Of a stretch of DNA of 64,000 nt, positions 30,137-45,100 are shown piece by piece (within the stretch, counting starts at the first letter, position 1; every line of letters begins with the position of its first letter). The position numbers and the translations under genes were made by a program. Origin of the DNA: Tubiluchus corallicola (taxonomy: Eukaryota > Animalia > Priapulida); contig JAQGDQ010000102.1 of the NCBI GenBank assembly GCA_030141605.1, positions 449,266 to 513,265 of the forward strand, given 5' to 3'. The notes under the pieces are model-generated. The model searched no databases. It was not told the DNA's origin and was given only the letters and a program-made list of their open reading frames with translations.

Positions 30137-33100
30137 TACTAGCTAACTAACAAACTACTTACTAACTATGGACAACGAACAAGTCTAAATGCTGCTGCTA
30201 CATGGGTTAAGCGGTCAGGTAACGTGGGAGTGAAAGTGATCTGGATAAAGAGACGATCACATTTCTGATGTTGCAGAAATTTGTTTCAAAAACTTACTAT
30301 GGGCTAATTTACCTCGAAGCCGAAGCTGTCTCAGGTTTTTCAAAAATTGATAGACTCAGTCGTCATTAACTGCGTGCAAACCCCCGAGGCTCTAAATTTC
30401 CATTTACTTTCTGAGAACAGCAACCAATCATCAGCAAATGTGACTGATTGAGCTACTAGGCTGATCGATTTCACCAAATTTGTAAGTTTATGTACTGAAA
30501 AACAATAAGCCTTTTCGCAGTTCCAGCAATTGGTGATGAGCGTGAAAAGGCCAGAGGTTAAGTGTACGAGGCAATACATTTGTGTACACTTTACAATACG
30601 TCACAACCCTACTATTGTAATATCAACAGTTTAACAGTTAGCTAGAACCATGAGGCACAGCCATTTTGACGATAACTCATCTTGAAACAAGTTTAGATGA
30701 CATTGGGTAAAGTAGCATTCGTGTTACATACTTCATTAATTGCGCAAATGTATAAATTCCTGTATCTTGTCAATGAGATTAAAAATATGTCGCTTGGTGA
30801 GTCAGTGGAGCAGGCTGGGAAGGTGACATTTTACCAAATGGTGCATACATTTTCAATTACTAAGAATTTCTTTTCTAGTTACATAACTCTTTCAAGCAGG
30901 TAAGTGTAATGCTACATAATATAGAAAGTTTTTTCGGATGTAATTTAATATTGCCTTTTCTTCCCCTTTAATACAGAGCCAATTTCTTTGTTTTGGTACG
31001 CACAATGTGCAAATGACAGCATTATAGTAAGATAAACAAGTTAGATTCTGTCATCGTTGAAGTGAGGTAACAACATGTTTGTTGAATATTGGGTATCGAT
31101 TCATAAAAATTGCTTTCTGAATCATTGTTAGAACTAAGAGTTAGGTTCAAACCAAGTTGTGTTTTACGACACATTCAAACTAGCAAGTTTTCTGCAGCAA
31201 GTTTTCTCTCTGACAGCAAACTCACAAGTGTGAACTGCTTTGCAAGTTACAGTCAGCAAGAAATTGCAAACTCTCAGGCAGTTGCTGCCAGTTGATTTTC
31301 TGCGAGTTATTCTCGAGTGTCAGTTTGCGTTTAGTATCAGAGAGTAACTTGCAGCAAGTTTTGCTCTCTAGTCTGAACACGCTTGTGAGTTACTTAGCAA
31401 GTTTACTTGGTGAGAAAATTCGCTAGTCTGAACGCTAGTGCCGTTAATTAACAATGGGAAACACTAAGTAGAGCTATGTATATAAGATTATTATAACTAG
31501 ACAAATGGTCCGTGTATGAATTGTGTAAAATGTGGCCGTTTATTACAGGAGAGACCAACGACTTTACCGACGAAGAAAAGCCCGGATGACGACGAAGACC
31601 CAGGGATGATGTCCGAGGCAGAGACCAGTGCTACTGGATATCGACGCACCAAACAACGCTCCATCCTGCCTGTTGTACGCAGCCCTTCCAAAACACTTGA
31701 ACGTCCCCTCGGTAAGTGCTGCCTTCTTTTGCATCATTAAGAGCCAATCAAAAACTCCGCTTCTGAAAGGAAAAATTTTAGATGATGATTACTTAGTCTT
31801 GGTTGTCAGAAAATGTTTTTAAGATAGGCTTAGTCGTAAATGTGAATTTTTAACCCACTGCTTTAGTCAGGCAGTCATCAGCAAATTTACCGTGTAGCTA
31901 TTCTAAAACTACCGTATTTTCCCGTGTATAAGAGACCCTTGTGTATAAGAGACCCTTGTGTATAAGAGACCCCTTCAATTTTTAGGCAAAAATTCTGGAA
32001 AAAAGTTTTTTCAGACGGACATTTTTAGAGGGTAAAGTACAACTTTTTTCAACTCAGTGCGGTACTGAAAACAAAATAAAACCAGTAATGTGTTGTAGAA
32101 AAAGAGTACTGGTATATATTAAAGTGCGTACCTGCAAACCTGTAACAGGAAAAGAGAAAACGAGGAGATAATGCCTGTGTCACGATGCTTGTATTGCTTA
32201 CAACCGCTTCATAGTCGAACGCCACACGCAAAACAGTTGTAGAGCACTTATTTCTTTAAAATCATTAGTGTCACAATTTATGCATCTTATTGAAAAGACT
32301 TACTCCCATGTATAAGAGACCCCCTATTTTTAAAGTGAAAATTCTGAGCAAAAAAGGGTCTCTTATACACGGGAAAATACGGTACAAGGAGAGCTGTGGT
32401 AACTTTTATTAAGTTACTGTTGCAAGCCACGCCAGGTCTACATGTTATAGTGACAGGCCTCTGCTGACTGTCCGTATCTCCTTTTTAAGTTTGCCCAGAT
32501 ATATGGAAATTGAAATGAATCACCAACTCAATTACGATTCAAGTCGTGCTTTGCATAACTTGCTCGTTTATGTCCCCATATTGATAAACTGATGAAAATC
32601 TTTTATTCTCGGTTGCTTTCTCTTTTAAGTTAATTTTCTTCGTCATTGTGGTTCGGCAGCTGGTTTTGCGAAGTTGAGAAATTTAACCCTTTCACTTAAA
32701 TGATTAACTGCCGCCGCAAAAATCAAAAAGTGCTGTGATAATAAACGATTGGAAGGTAAAAAACTGCAGCAGTTAAGTTTGTTTGTGATGCTGCACATGG
32801 CGGACACGCCCCCTAGTACAAAAACATCAGACAATTTTGTTTTAAATTTCAGGCGTCGTGTTTCTTCAGTACAAGAACGAAACGAAGCGGGCCGTACTTC
32901 CGAATGAGATCACTTCCATGGACACAGTGCGAGCCCTGTTCGTGCGGGCGTGGCCAAAGAAGCTCACCATGGAGTTCCTGGAGGACCCTAGCCATTGCAT
33001 ATACATTCACGATTTCCACACGAAAGACGTATTTTTTGAGTTAGACGATATCAGGTATGGGTGAGTAATCCAAGTCGACGATCCGTGTGCTTGTCCGTGT

Positions 33101-36100
33101 TGATCCGTACAAATCCGTGACCACTGCGACGGCTGAACATGGAAGATGATTAATTTTGAGGTTTTTTGCATGTGTTAAGTAGTCCATCTTTTCGGCCTTG
33201 CGGGTAACATTCGCGTAAGTTCTCCGGGGTACGAATGACCGTGGGTAAAGAGGGTTTTTGTGCATTCAGCAAGAGCAATCGCCGGTTACCCTCTGTGTTC
33301 CCGACGCACATCTTTTGCCAATCCCATCAAGTGGTATTCTTTAATAATTCAACTCAGCTCAACTTTGTTTCCTTTTGCTTTTTTACATATTTCGGTATAC
33401 TCTGAGTTGAAAGCCAGCAGTCGACATCAACAACCTACTTAACAGTGGTCTCTGTTGCAAGATTGGAATGTAACTCACTATCACAGCTGTGCCTGTAAGG
33501 TGAGCCACTGAATCAGCAGAGGTGCCTCAACTTTGTTCAGATACATCCTTCTTCAAAGAGGTAAACAGCCCAGTTGGTACGGTAAATAAAACAGCGTAGA
33601 GTGAGTATTGAACCCAGACATTCTGAGCGGAGCTTGTGCACAATGAACGAACCGCACCGTGTAATGGCAGACAACTCTTTAACTTTCTGTCGTGGCACCA
33701 TCAAACAATACATGCACCTCAGAGTAGTTTTCTGAAATTTTACAGACTGATACACGTATGGCACAAGGATACACAGCTAAGCGGTCTGAGGAGCTTTGAA
33801 AATTCTAATGGCAGGATTGTGGCTGCACCTACTAACCTAGTTGTATTTTTAGCCATGTTCATTGTCTTTAGAAGTCACATTCAAAGCTATTTTTCATTAG
33901 CCCATAATTCATAATGTCAATTTTTCATTAGTTTACAATTCGTAATCAATTAACCTCCATTTCTGGGCGTTTGCGTGAGCGTCGTACGTTAATGAATTTT
34001 CGACATTTTCGAAATGATGTATTTAATGAATTGTTCATTAATTTGCTTTGTTGAAAAATTGTCATGCATTTAGACATAAATGAGTCCAGAAACTCCAGGC
34101 TTTTCAAAACCTTCCCAAACAAGGATTTATCCTCTTACATGCAAAATGATTATAGAGAATTTGGAAATACACTAATTTAATAGGCAGAAACTTTACCATA
34201 TTTCTGCTGTGGTGAAGCATCGATTCCAATAGTTTTAATAGGGGCAATTCAAATCTTGATGTTGAATTTAGGAACTAACAATAGAAAATATTGCCTGAAG
34301 AAATTCTTGGCTTTTCAAAATCTTTTCAAAATGTTTTTAAAGAATTTGACATGGCAGTAATTTAGACGATCACAACTGTGAATTTTTGTCGTAAGTTGGT
34401 GTAAGATAGTGTCAATTCAAAGGTTGTCGTAGGGCCATTTCATTCTTAATGTCATGTTTGGGAACTAACTGTATTGAACAGACAATATGCAGTGTTAGAT
34501 GTATATTATTCTCGTATGGGGGACGCAGTGAATGTCTGAGTAATCATATGCATTGACCTGAAGTTAAGCAATGCAAAATCCAGTCAACAAATTGCTCACA
34601 ACCATCTGGCTTCAATACTCACCCGCGGTAGTGTCATTTGCCATGCTGATCCTAGCTGTTAACTCGCATTATATGTAATTATACACAAACTGTTACGATT
34701 CTGCTGGTTCGTCTTAGAGGGTTATCCTTGTTAGTGAGGTAGGTTCCTGTCTTGCCACGAGCGTGAACATTGAGTTGGCCCTGCTGTTATATTTTGCATA
34801 CCTACTTGCAGAGTGCAGATACGTATAAAATGTTGGTAACTTATTTAGTACACCTGTTAAAGGATAAGAAAACAGTCTTAATAAACAAAACTTTAAAAAT
34901 TTGTTTTGAAATTTTACATCACTGACATGCTGTCTTATTGCATACGGAACTTGCGTTAGCAGTAACACTGTATAAAATTCCATAATTTAAACTCCAACGA
35001 TGACAGCTATGGACGTTTTGAGTGTAGGTCATTTAAAACAAGTTTAGATAACATTGCGTAGAGTTTGGAAAAATAATCAAAGCACCCTTCAAACACTAAG
35101 CAAAAGTATAAATTACTTTGTATTGTCATTAAGATCAGCAGCATGTTTTTTAGTGAATCAGTGGTGCATACTGGGAAGGTGAATCAGTGACATTTTACGA
35201 GTTGGCACGAATATTTTAATTTACTAACAATTTTTCTTTTTCAGGTAACATAAGTATTTCAAGTAAATCTGCGTGACACTAATTAATGTAACTTTTCGTG
35301 GACAGAAAGTTTTTTGGGGATGTACTGTACTTCAAAATTCCCTTTTCCTCCCCTTTAAGAGAACTTGGCATGAAAACTCGTTATGGATTTAAATAACAAG
35401 CTTTACCCGCAGGGCCATGCACGTCTAATAATAATTAGTGTGTAGTGTTTTTGATGTAAACACATTTTTACGTTGCATTTGTTTGAACGTTGTTTTGCAC
35501 CCCGGCACGAGAGCACTCCTTACGCACATCTGCTTCGCGTTTTATCGCTGTCTTGTTTTCGCATTTGTTGAACTCACAGTTTTTACGCGACAAAAACACA
35601 ACAGGCATTTTATCGAAAAGATTCGGTTTGTGTATTTTTAAGCGCGAAAAATTTTTAGGAAAAATTTCATAAGTTGCGAGAGCGTATTTTGACGCCAATG
35701 CCGTGGTTTGGTTAAGTTTGTGTTTATTCCTTTACTGCGAAAAGAGCCTGTGATTAACAACAACTGTTTTGTCACACCGATCTAGTATAAACTACGGTTT
35801 TTATATCTGTGCAAAAAAATCAGTTAAATTTGTTCATTTGTGAGAATTAATTTCATACATAACAAAAAAGTCGTAGTTAAAGTTCAGTTAGTATAGGAAT
35901 CACAGAGTTAAAGTTTTGCTTAGCAAAGTGCCATTGCTTTATATAACCTTTAGCCAAAAACTAAAGTTTACTCACAGTGGCTAATAGAGTTTACTCACAG
36001 AGACCGAATACTCTATAATCTGATCTGATATGGTGAGTAATATAACACAAAAATGGCTTGGCTAAAAATAGGCTGTGACTAAAATTTTTGCTAAGAAGTT

Positions 36101-39100
36101 ATTTGCTTATAATAACTTTAGTAGACATCAACATTGACACTGTAAACAATTAATGTTACTTTATCAAGCAGAACGCGAGACACCTGTTGCCAAATTATAG
36201 AAGCTTTGCGAGTATATGTCCCTTTAAACTAAATTGTAGGCTTATTTCACCACAGAAACAAGAATTTTTGACGTGCAGGAATTCCCGTGTGGGTAATTTG
36301 TCAGCTGTTATGTGAATTAAAATTTCATGTTTTGGATTTTTGATCAAACATAATATTGCATTTATTATGGTCACTGTCAGTATGGTGATTAATTGCTGCA
36401 AGGAACCTGATATGATAATAGCTCTTACATCATTAACGACAGGTACACTTTTGAACTAACAATGTTTTCCGTTCATTCAGGAGGTAATTGTTATGCAAGG
36501 CGTGTGTGTCAAATCAGACGGGGAAAAAATGACGTATAAAATTGATTCATTTGTTAAATTTATGTTGTTAAATCACCACCAGTGCTATGATAAATGATAA
36601 AAGATAAATACTGTGTAGTGCTATGATTAAAACAGCTAAAAGTGATAACAAAAACTCACGGTACTGCAAGAGGTTTCCAGCTCTTGCCCTCCCCATTTCT
36701 GTGGCAAGTTTGGTAATTATACATTCATCCGTGTTTGATTATATTATGAGGACAGGCACATACACACAGACAGACTTGACTAAATGCCCCTGCATCAGCA
36801 GTGGATTAACCATTAAGCAAAAGTAAGTACGTGATCAAGGCCTCAGGGGAAGAGGGGGCCCACGCAGTTTTTTCAAATCCAATAATTACCTAAAAGTAAG
36901 TGGATGCGCAGGAATACGTGAGAGGCTTCTGTATTGGTTTATAATATGAGGATATAAACATAGAATATATTATATATATATATATTAGAATGGGCATCGG
37001 AATTCTGGCTACTCAGCTGCCTGAGCTGTACACTGTCCATATGATGAGATCAGTTGATTATATGATGTCATAATATATTTTAAGTGTAATAATGTTTATA
37101 AAAATGTGTTTTGATACTGAAAACAAGATAATGTTACTTTTGACTATGCTATCACATGATGATGGTGATGACTAATGTAAAAAAATCTTACTACAAGTTT
37201 TTTTCAGAAGATAAAATTTCATTTTATAGATCAGTGTTGTTTTTATTCTGAATTACACATATATGGGGATACTGTAATTAGGTCTTCTTGAGGTCTTTAT
37301 CCGGCCCTGCCCACCGTGCTCCGACCACTGTCGTTAATGACGGGCTTTCGACAAAGCAAATTATATTTTTGTAAGCTCCGCCAACACTGTTTTATTAAAA
37401 ACCTTCATGAAAGCCGCTTGAGCAGGTGGCTGTTGTGTATTTAAAGTAACAATTTATCATGTTGCTGACACTCTACCTAGTGCTTATGCCTGTTGTTACA
37501 ACAAACTTTCACTTTTCTGTTCTTAATTCTCACGAGAAAATCTGTTTTGGTTCTCTATTCGGGCCGAATTTAACAACTGTGGGCCATACTCTCTGGGCTG
37601 TGCACTTATTGTGCAGTATGAGGCCATATACTTATTGTACAGGGTCCCCATACACTGGACTCTCCGGACTCTATAGTTATTGTGCATGGGGCTTTTATGG
37701 TTTTGAACGTATTATATAATGAAATACGCGGTGTACACTTGAAACAAGGTTATACGCTGCCATGCTGTGTGACAAATTAGTTTCAGTAGGCCCCAGATAC
37801 CCTTGGGGCCCTAGGTCAATGGCCTACTATGCCAGTTGGTGAATCTGGCTCTGTCTGTGTCTGAAATTTGTAAACCTAATATTAAGTTTAAAATGTGAGA
37901 GGTACAACATTTTTTCACCAATTTCTTGTAGCCTTGATATTTTAAAGGACTTCTTTCTCAATAATTTGTTAACCTGCTAATGTGTTTCTTGACTAATTTG
38001 TTGCATTACTGAAACAGTGGCATATAAACCCAGACATACTAAAGAAATTAACTTGAATTTAGAAATAATTAAACTTTTTTCTATAATTTGCATAAGCAGA
38101 GGCAGATATGTGGTTGAAATACATTAACAGACATTATGAATGTGCAGTTGTTACTTTATAATAAGCACAAATGTTGTTTACCGCATGCCTTATGTGTTTA
38201 CTTTTTTGGCCGCTAGGAAGTGAATTAATGCTAGTCGCACACGGTATAAAATTTGTCTGCAAGAAATTTGTCCCGACACAAACCGAAGCAAACGAAATGC
38301 TCACTGTAGATCTTGTATAAATTAAACTGTGTCAGTAGTAACCTCAGCAAATCATTAGCAGAAGACAGATGACCAAAGCGATTGGTTTTTATTGGTCTGA
38401 TCTGATTCTGCCTGACGCAAGATTGTCGCACTGAGCCTGCACACACGAGCAGGACGAGTTTGTCGGACAAATTTAGGCATGCTTAGTAAAACCCTTAGTC
38501 CCGGAAATGGAGAAAGTAAGCGAGATGGCATTTATCTTCGCCGCAGACTGGTAAAAATCAGTGATAGACAATCATGTCATATTGAGTTTATACAAAGCCA
38601 TGCAGGTTAAACCCGTATGCAAGCCCCATTGTTCGCTACTATGCAAAAACATGTGACACCTAATTAACAATGATTGCTGCTAGTTGACTAAGCAACAGGC
38701 TAGCCCCATTGTGGCAGGTATTAAACAAATTAGCTTCATGCTGCATTAGGCAACTGGAATACTCAATAGGCTAGATTCGACAGACTTTGCATCGTCTACG
38801 CCATGTGTAAGGCTACCGTACAACAACTGTTGTCACAGCAGTTCTTCTGCATCAGCCTTTGCTACTTCTGTTCATTATAACTCCTTAAAATTACTTTATT
38901 ATATTTAATAATAATCCGGTTTCGTAGAACAGTAGCTAGTAACTTTTCCTGCTTGTTTGTACTAATGGCGCATTCAGACTAGAGAGTTTTCTGTCGTGAG
39001 TTTCCTCACTGATAGTAAACTCTCAACTGTGAACTGCTTTGCGTGTCACTATCGGCAAGTTATTGCAAACTCTCCGACAGTTGCTGCAGTTTGTTTTACT

Positions 39101-42100
39101 GTCTAGTGTGAACGCATTGAATAGTTACTCTAGACACTTCTCGCAAGATATAGAGAAGTGAGTGTGAGCTCGCACTTAATTACTGTCAGTGAGTGACTCG
39201 CAGCAAGTTTTGCTTTCTAGTCTGAACAGGCGAGTTACTTGGTGAGAAAACTCTCTAGTCTGAATGTGCCATTATAGCAGTTTAAACCAGACTGATCGTG
39301 TTCCATATTCAGCTGTAGTCGCATCTGGCTGGTTTGTTTTTGTTTAGCAAATGTTTTGCCTTGTTGATTGTTGACTTGATGTTTTATCTGTGTTTATTTA
39401 GTGTATTAAATAATTTTCTTTAATTTTTTGCCCCTGTTTGCACTCCAGGATGCTATATCTACATGTTGTGCCAAAAGATTGCAGTTTGTTTTGCTTGGCT
39501 TTTCTTTCCTGGTTTATACTTGTTTTATAGTTCATAGTGCACGTTCTAAGGATTTTTAATATTACAGTTTTTGAAGTACAACTTTTTTAGCTAAGTCCTA
39601 GCTAACAGTTTTGATGTCATAATTAAGTAAATGAAACAGTTACTAATATCAGCTCAGGAGATCAAAAATTTTAGGAAACGAAAAGTAGCTTCATTAATAT
39701 TATATTTGTAACGGCTTCTGGAGATAATTAACTTAATTTGTCAATTGATTTGATAATTTTGTTTTTTAAAAGCGAAAACTGACTTGATTTCCTTAATTTT
39801 CCTTGTTTGCAATATTGTAAAGGCTTTGAGCACATCTACCAATGGAAAATAAGTTCATTGTTCTTCTGTACACTTTGTTTTTTGTCAGTGGATGTTTTGG
39901 CAATTTTACTTCTTAAAATTAAGCCAAGTTTCTAAATCAGTGGTTCCCAAAGTAGGGGTAAATTACCCCCCGGGGGTAATATGGTTTTTTGGGGGGTAAC
40001 GGGCACCCCTCTGAAAATTTTTAAAACTTCGCTCGGAATGCATTTTACGTAGTTTTCTTCTTAAAGAGACAACAATACAACAACAACACCTGGAAATTTA
40101 TTTATGTCACGAGCAAACATAAGTAATTTTGCTTGCTTGTGGCATATACGTGTGTTTACTTTTTGAGTTGAAGAAGTAGTACTAGGTGGGGGGTAATGGA
40201 CATGACCGGGTTTCCCGATTTGGGTAACGGTCCGAGTAAGTTTGGGAACCACTGTTCTAAATGATAGACTTTGTTAGAATGGCAGTACAGTAACAGTTTT
40301 GATGGTTACATTCAACCTTATGGATTCAAATTTCTCAATGAACCGGCAATGGTGCAGATTTGGTTATTCCATATTTCCAGAGACATCAAGGATCGATGTT
40401 TACTCCGCATCCATGAGAAAGGCACGGTGGAGAACAGTAGAAGTCCAAACATTCTCGACGATGACATCAATTATTTCTCCGAACCCGAGTTTGATACGCA
40501 GTTCCAGTCTCAACACGTTCACAAGTCATCGCCATTAGTGAAATCCCAACCGTATACGGTGGCGGCACCTGTTGCGCAGCAAGCGAAACATACTCATGGT
40601 AAGTTTATTTTTTAGCTGCTGTGAACCTTGTGTCGTAGACGCTTCTGTGAATGTTGAGTGTGCTCAATGAAGCTTAACCCTTTCATTCATGCAAGGGTTT
40701 GAAGGCAGTAGACTGCTGCCCAAGCTCAGCACTAAGCGCAGTCGCCCGGGTCTGTTTGTTTTGCTGTTATGGCCATGCATTAACACTGTCGAAAAATTCA
40801 ACAGTTATGGGATTTGTGGTGCTTTGCAACAAGTAATGCTAGCCAGCCAATAAGCGTCTGAAGCCAGGTGCATTCCACAATACTGTATTATATGGTACAT
40901 TCTCACACAAAATCACTTGTTGATGGTTGGTGAAACGTGTGTTTAGTGGCTTGTTCTGCATTTCTTATAAAATGATTGCATAATACGGATTAGTTTTATC
41001 ACGTCTGTGAAAATTTGTGTCTAAATATAAGTAGGTGGTTATTGTGATGATTTGCACGCGCGTGAGTTTGTGAGTGCATGCATGTGTGCACGTATGTGTG
41101 CATGTGTGCAAATAAAAACTGATATTCAATATCTAATTCGTAACTTTTGAACTCGAATCAAACTAAAGTTCAGCATTTTCGAATCCGAATTGAAATGGAA
41201 TTCCGTTTTAAAGATTTTCAAACAAATTTTCAAATCACTACCAAAAAATGGTCTCCTAAAGATAATGCATATTTCTTAATTTTATTTTGTAGTAAAAACG
41301 CTAAAAACTTGTTTAAAAATTCTGCACTGAAATCACAACTAAATTGTGCTGATTGCATGGTGTTTCAAACGGTTTAATGATAAAGAATGTATGTAGTTGA
41401 AGTGTATAACTTTAGGTATGTACTGACTTCATACTTAAGAAACTTGTTTGAGTTGAACTTGAACTTTCAAACCGATGCTCAACATTTTGGAAATTTTAAT
41501 GCAGAAATAATGTGAAAAAATGGGAATGATTGAGATAAACAGATTTTTTGCAATGTTACAGCTGCTCAGTATCTTACCAGTTTGTTTATTGTACCTTTAT
41601 AAGAATGGTCCTAGCATTGATCCTGGTGGTATTCCATTGACACTATTTAAATTAAGTATCGGCTGTTTAGGATGTTAGTTCCTATAATTCCTATACATTT
41701 TAAAGATAGTTCGAATGTTTTATACGTTCTTTGGCCAAAGACATATTTTTGGCATTTGCCACATGAGAAGCTCTAAGTTTACGACAAGTTTAACTATGAC
41801 TTGCTTTATAGGTTCACTTGCAGCTGGTGACCCGCAGCTTAGTGCTCCGCCAAAGCCAGCCCGTGCATACGGCGGGACATTACCAAGAACCACACCTGAG
41901 GGCACCCTGCCACCACAAGTTTTGAAACAGTCTGGTGAGCTTTTGACCCATGAATTTTTGTTCATAGCTGTATAGATATATACATATTTAGCAGGAACTG
42001 TTTTTACAATAAAACGGTGAAATACATTTTTTGCCGAATCAAACTGTAGCTCTTCTAAGCAAAGTTAATGTTTATTACAATTCACGCATCAGAATCAGGG

Positions 42101-45100
42101 CTGGATTGTAATCTTCTAGGCCTCTAGGTTAATGAAATGGCCCCTCAGACAGAGCCATGCTCTAATTTGCCTGCATCCCCCTTGAATGTTTTTTACTCCT
42201 GATACATTTTAGTAACATTTACATAGCTTGAAATAAACTTATTGCAAATTCTTTAAAAAAAACTAGAATATATATCTTCTGTTTGTCAATAAAAATATTC
42301 TTTGAGAAATACCACTATTTTTACTATTTATTGCAAATCAAATCAGCACTTATTTCAACACAACTGTAGGGAAAAAACAGATATTTTACCAAATGTTACC
42401 AAAGCTCAAGGCCCTAGGCTGCAGTGTATACTAGTCCATAGGATAATCTGGCCTTGTTCAGCATGAAAAAGGTCAATAATTTTTTTTGAGATTAACCAAT
42501 CTTGCAAAATGTTAAAAAGACGGTTGCGTAAAGTTGGAAGGTAACTAAACTAAAGTCTGAAGAAAACTAAAACAAAAACAACAATTTAGTACAGTCTATG
42601 ATATTTGTATTCTAGTTATAGGAAATTAGATCTTGCAGGAAGTTAGATCATCATTGTTAGTATTCCACATCTCACAATCAATTTACAAGATTCAGCCTGT
42701 CTGTACATACTGTTTTAGTCAAATGTTGTGTGTGCCTATGATACAGTTATAATTCTAGGAAAATAAATTTTAGTTCAATTCAATTCAGTTTTTTGCAAAT
42801 GCACATCAGATGAGAAAAAATTCCATTTTTTATGTTTGTTATAATCCACGTTCACAATTGCAAATTTTGTGAAAGTGTTCAACAAATGTTTGCAAAGTCT
42901 CTTAAACTGACATTGTGCTGACCTCTCTTTCTCTATACTGTTCAGTTGCAGGGAGCAAAGGACGTGACACGTCACCCGTGCATCACGGTCTGTACGACAG
43001 CGCGAAGTTACAGCAGCTGCGATCGCCGGGTTCTGCCGGAGCCATGTCTCCGTTGAACACGCCTTCGTCGAGGTCCGGAAGCGCCACTCCGAAAGTTGTG
43101 GACGAAGAAGCCAGGTAAAAGAAGCCCAGTTTCATTAGTAGACATGAAACAGAGATTAGAGGAAGGAGGTGGAGATTAGATTGCAGTGTTTAAACTGGAT
43201 GTGTAGTTAAAGTAGAGCTTGATTATATTTATGAAATTTACAAACTATTTTGTTGGTTGACTTATGAAGTTAATGCTCTCTTCTCGTTTAATTCTGGAAA
43301 ACAGGAAACTGTGAATTTCATAAATAATTTTTGTTAATGATATAGCCATGGGCATCTGCTGGGGCGTGCAAACTGGTCAGGCTTTCTCACCTAGAGTGAA
43401 CTGGTCACTCCTGATCAGGCTTTCTAACCTAGAGTGAACTGGTCATTCCTGATCAGGCTTTCTAACCTAGAGTGAACTGGTCACTCCTGATCAGGCTTTC
43501 TCACCTAGAGCGAACTGGTCACTCCTGATCAGGCTTTCTCACCTGGAGTGAACTGGTCACTCCTGATCAGGCTTTCTCACCTGGAGCGAACTGGTCACTC
43601 CTGATCAGGCTTTCTCACCTAGAGTGAACTGGTCACTCCTGATCAGGCTTTCTCACCTAGAGTGAACTGGTCACTCCTGATCAGGCTTTCTAACCTAGAG
43701 CGAACTGGTCACTCCTGATCAGGCTTTCTAACCTAGAGCGAACTGGTCACTCCTGATCAGGCTTTCTCACCTAGAGTGAACTGGTCACTCCTGATCAGGC
43801 TTTCTAACCTAGAGCGAACTGGTCACTCCTGATCAGGCTTTCTAACCTAGAGCGAACTGGTCACTCCTGATCGGGCTTTCTCACCTAGAGCGAACTGGTC
43901 ACTCCTGATCAGGCTTTCTAACCTAGAGCGAACTGGTCATTCCTGATCAGGCTTTCTCACCTGGAGCGAACTGGTCACTCCTGATCAGGCTTTCTAACCT
44001 AGAGCGAACTGGTCATTCCTGATCAGGCTTTCTCACCTAGAGCGAACTGGTCACTCCTGATCAGGCTTTCTCACCTAGAGCGAACTGGTCATTCCTGATC
44101 AGGCTTTCTCACCTGGAGCGAACTGGTCACTCCTGATCAGGCTTTCTAACCTAGAGCGAACTGGTCATTCCTGATCAGGCTTTCTCACCTGGAGCGAACT
44201 GGTCACTCCTGATCAGGCTTTCTCACCTAGAGCAAACTGGTCACTCCTGATCAGGCTTTCTAACCTAGAGCAAACTGGTCACTCCTGATCAGGCTTTCTC
44301 ACCTAGAGCGAACTGGTCACTCCTGATCAGGCTTTCTCACCTGGAGTGAACTGGTCACTCCTGATCAGGCTTTCTCACCTGGAGTGAACTGGTCACTCCT
44401 GATCAGGCTTTCTCACCTAGAGCGAAGGAGTTTGGCAGTTGGAACCTTATAATTAATTCCCTAATGAGTGTCAGAATTATTTTCCACTCAGCAGTGAGGT
44501 GAATTAGCTGATATAAGCGATTGTCACTCTGGCGTAAGAGGCCCTATTTTTGTATCTTCTTATTTTTACATTTTAATTTTTATGATTTTTGCTCACAAGA
44601 ACTTGCAAGAATTCCAGTCCTTCCTATATTAACCGTGGAGCACTCTACTCATGAATGTTACTTTTACCGCTAATTATTTGATAAAGTTCTTGTCATTTAA
44701 ACAGAATCAGTTAGATGTTGACATGTTGCACTATGGATCATTGTGTGTTATCTTTTATATGTTTTTTTATAATTCAAGATTTCCACGTTCAAACCTTGCT
44801 TTTGTATATCAGTATATATAACATTTTGATCAATAATCAGTATAATGTTTAGTTACAGTGCTCCGAACCCACCCCCTAGCTGTAGCGCTCTCGCTGCACT
44901 CGCCTGACCCCCAATAATTGCAATAGTAGGAGTATATCCCTTTGCTCCCCTTGGAAAAGTTGCAATGGATACCCTTGGGTATAGCTTTTGGCTTGTTGTG
45001 ACCTTCCGTTTACTGTGACAAACACTTACATAAAGTCTTGAATGAGGAAGATTTCATGATTGTAGCCTGCTTTAAAGGAAAACCGGATAATGGTTTAACA

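Noticed and set aside
43370-44425. CRISPR-like array (38-bp repeat with a palindrome)
   Set aside because: Units are head-to-tail with no unique spacers, there are no cas genes, and the context is a eukaryotic intron.
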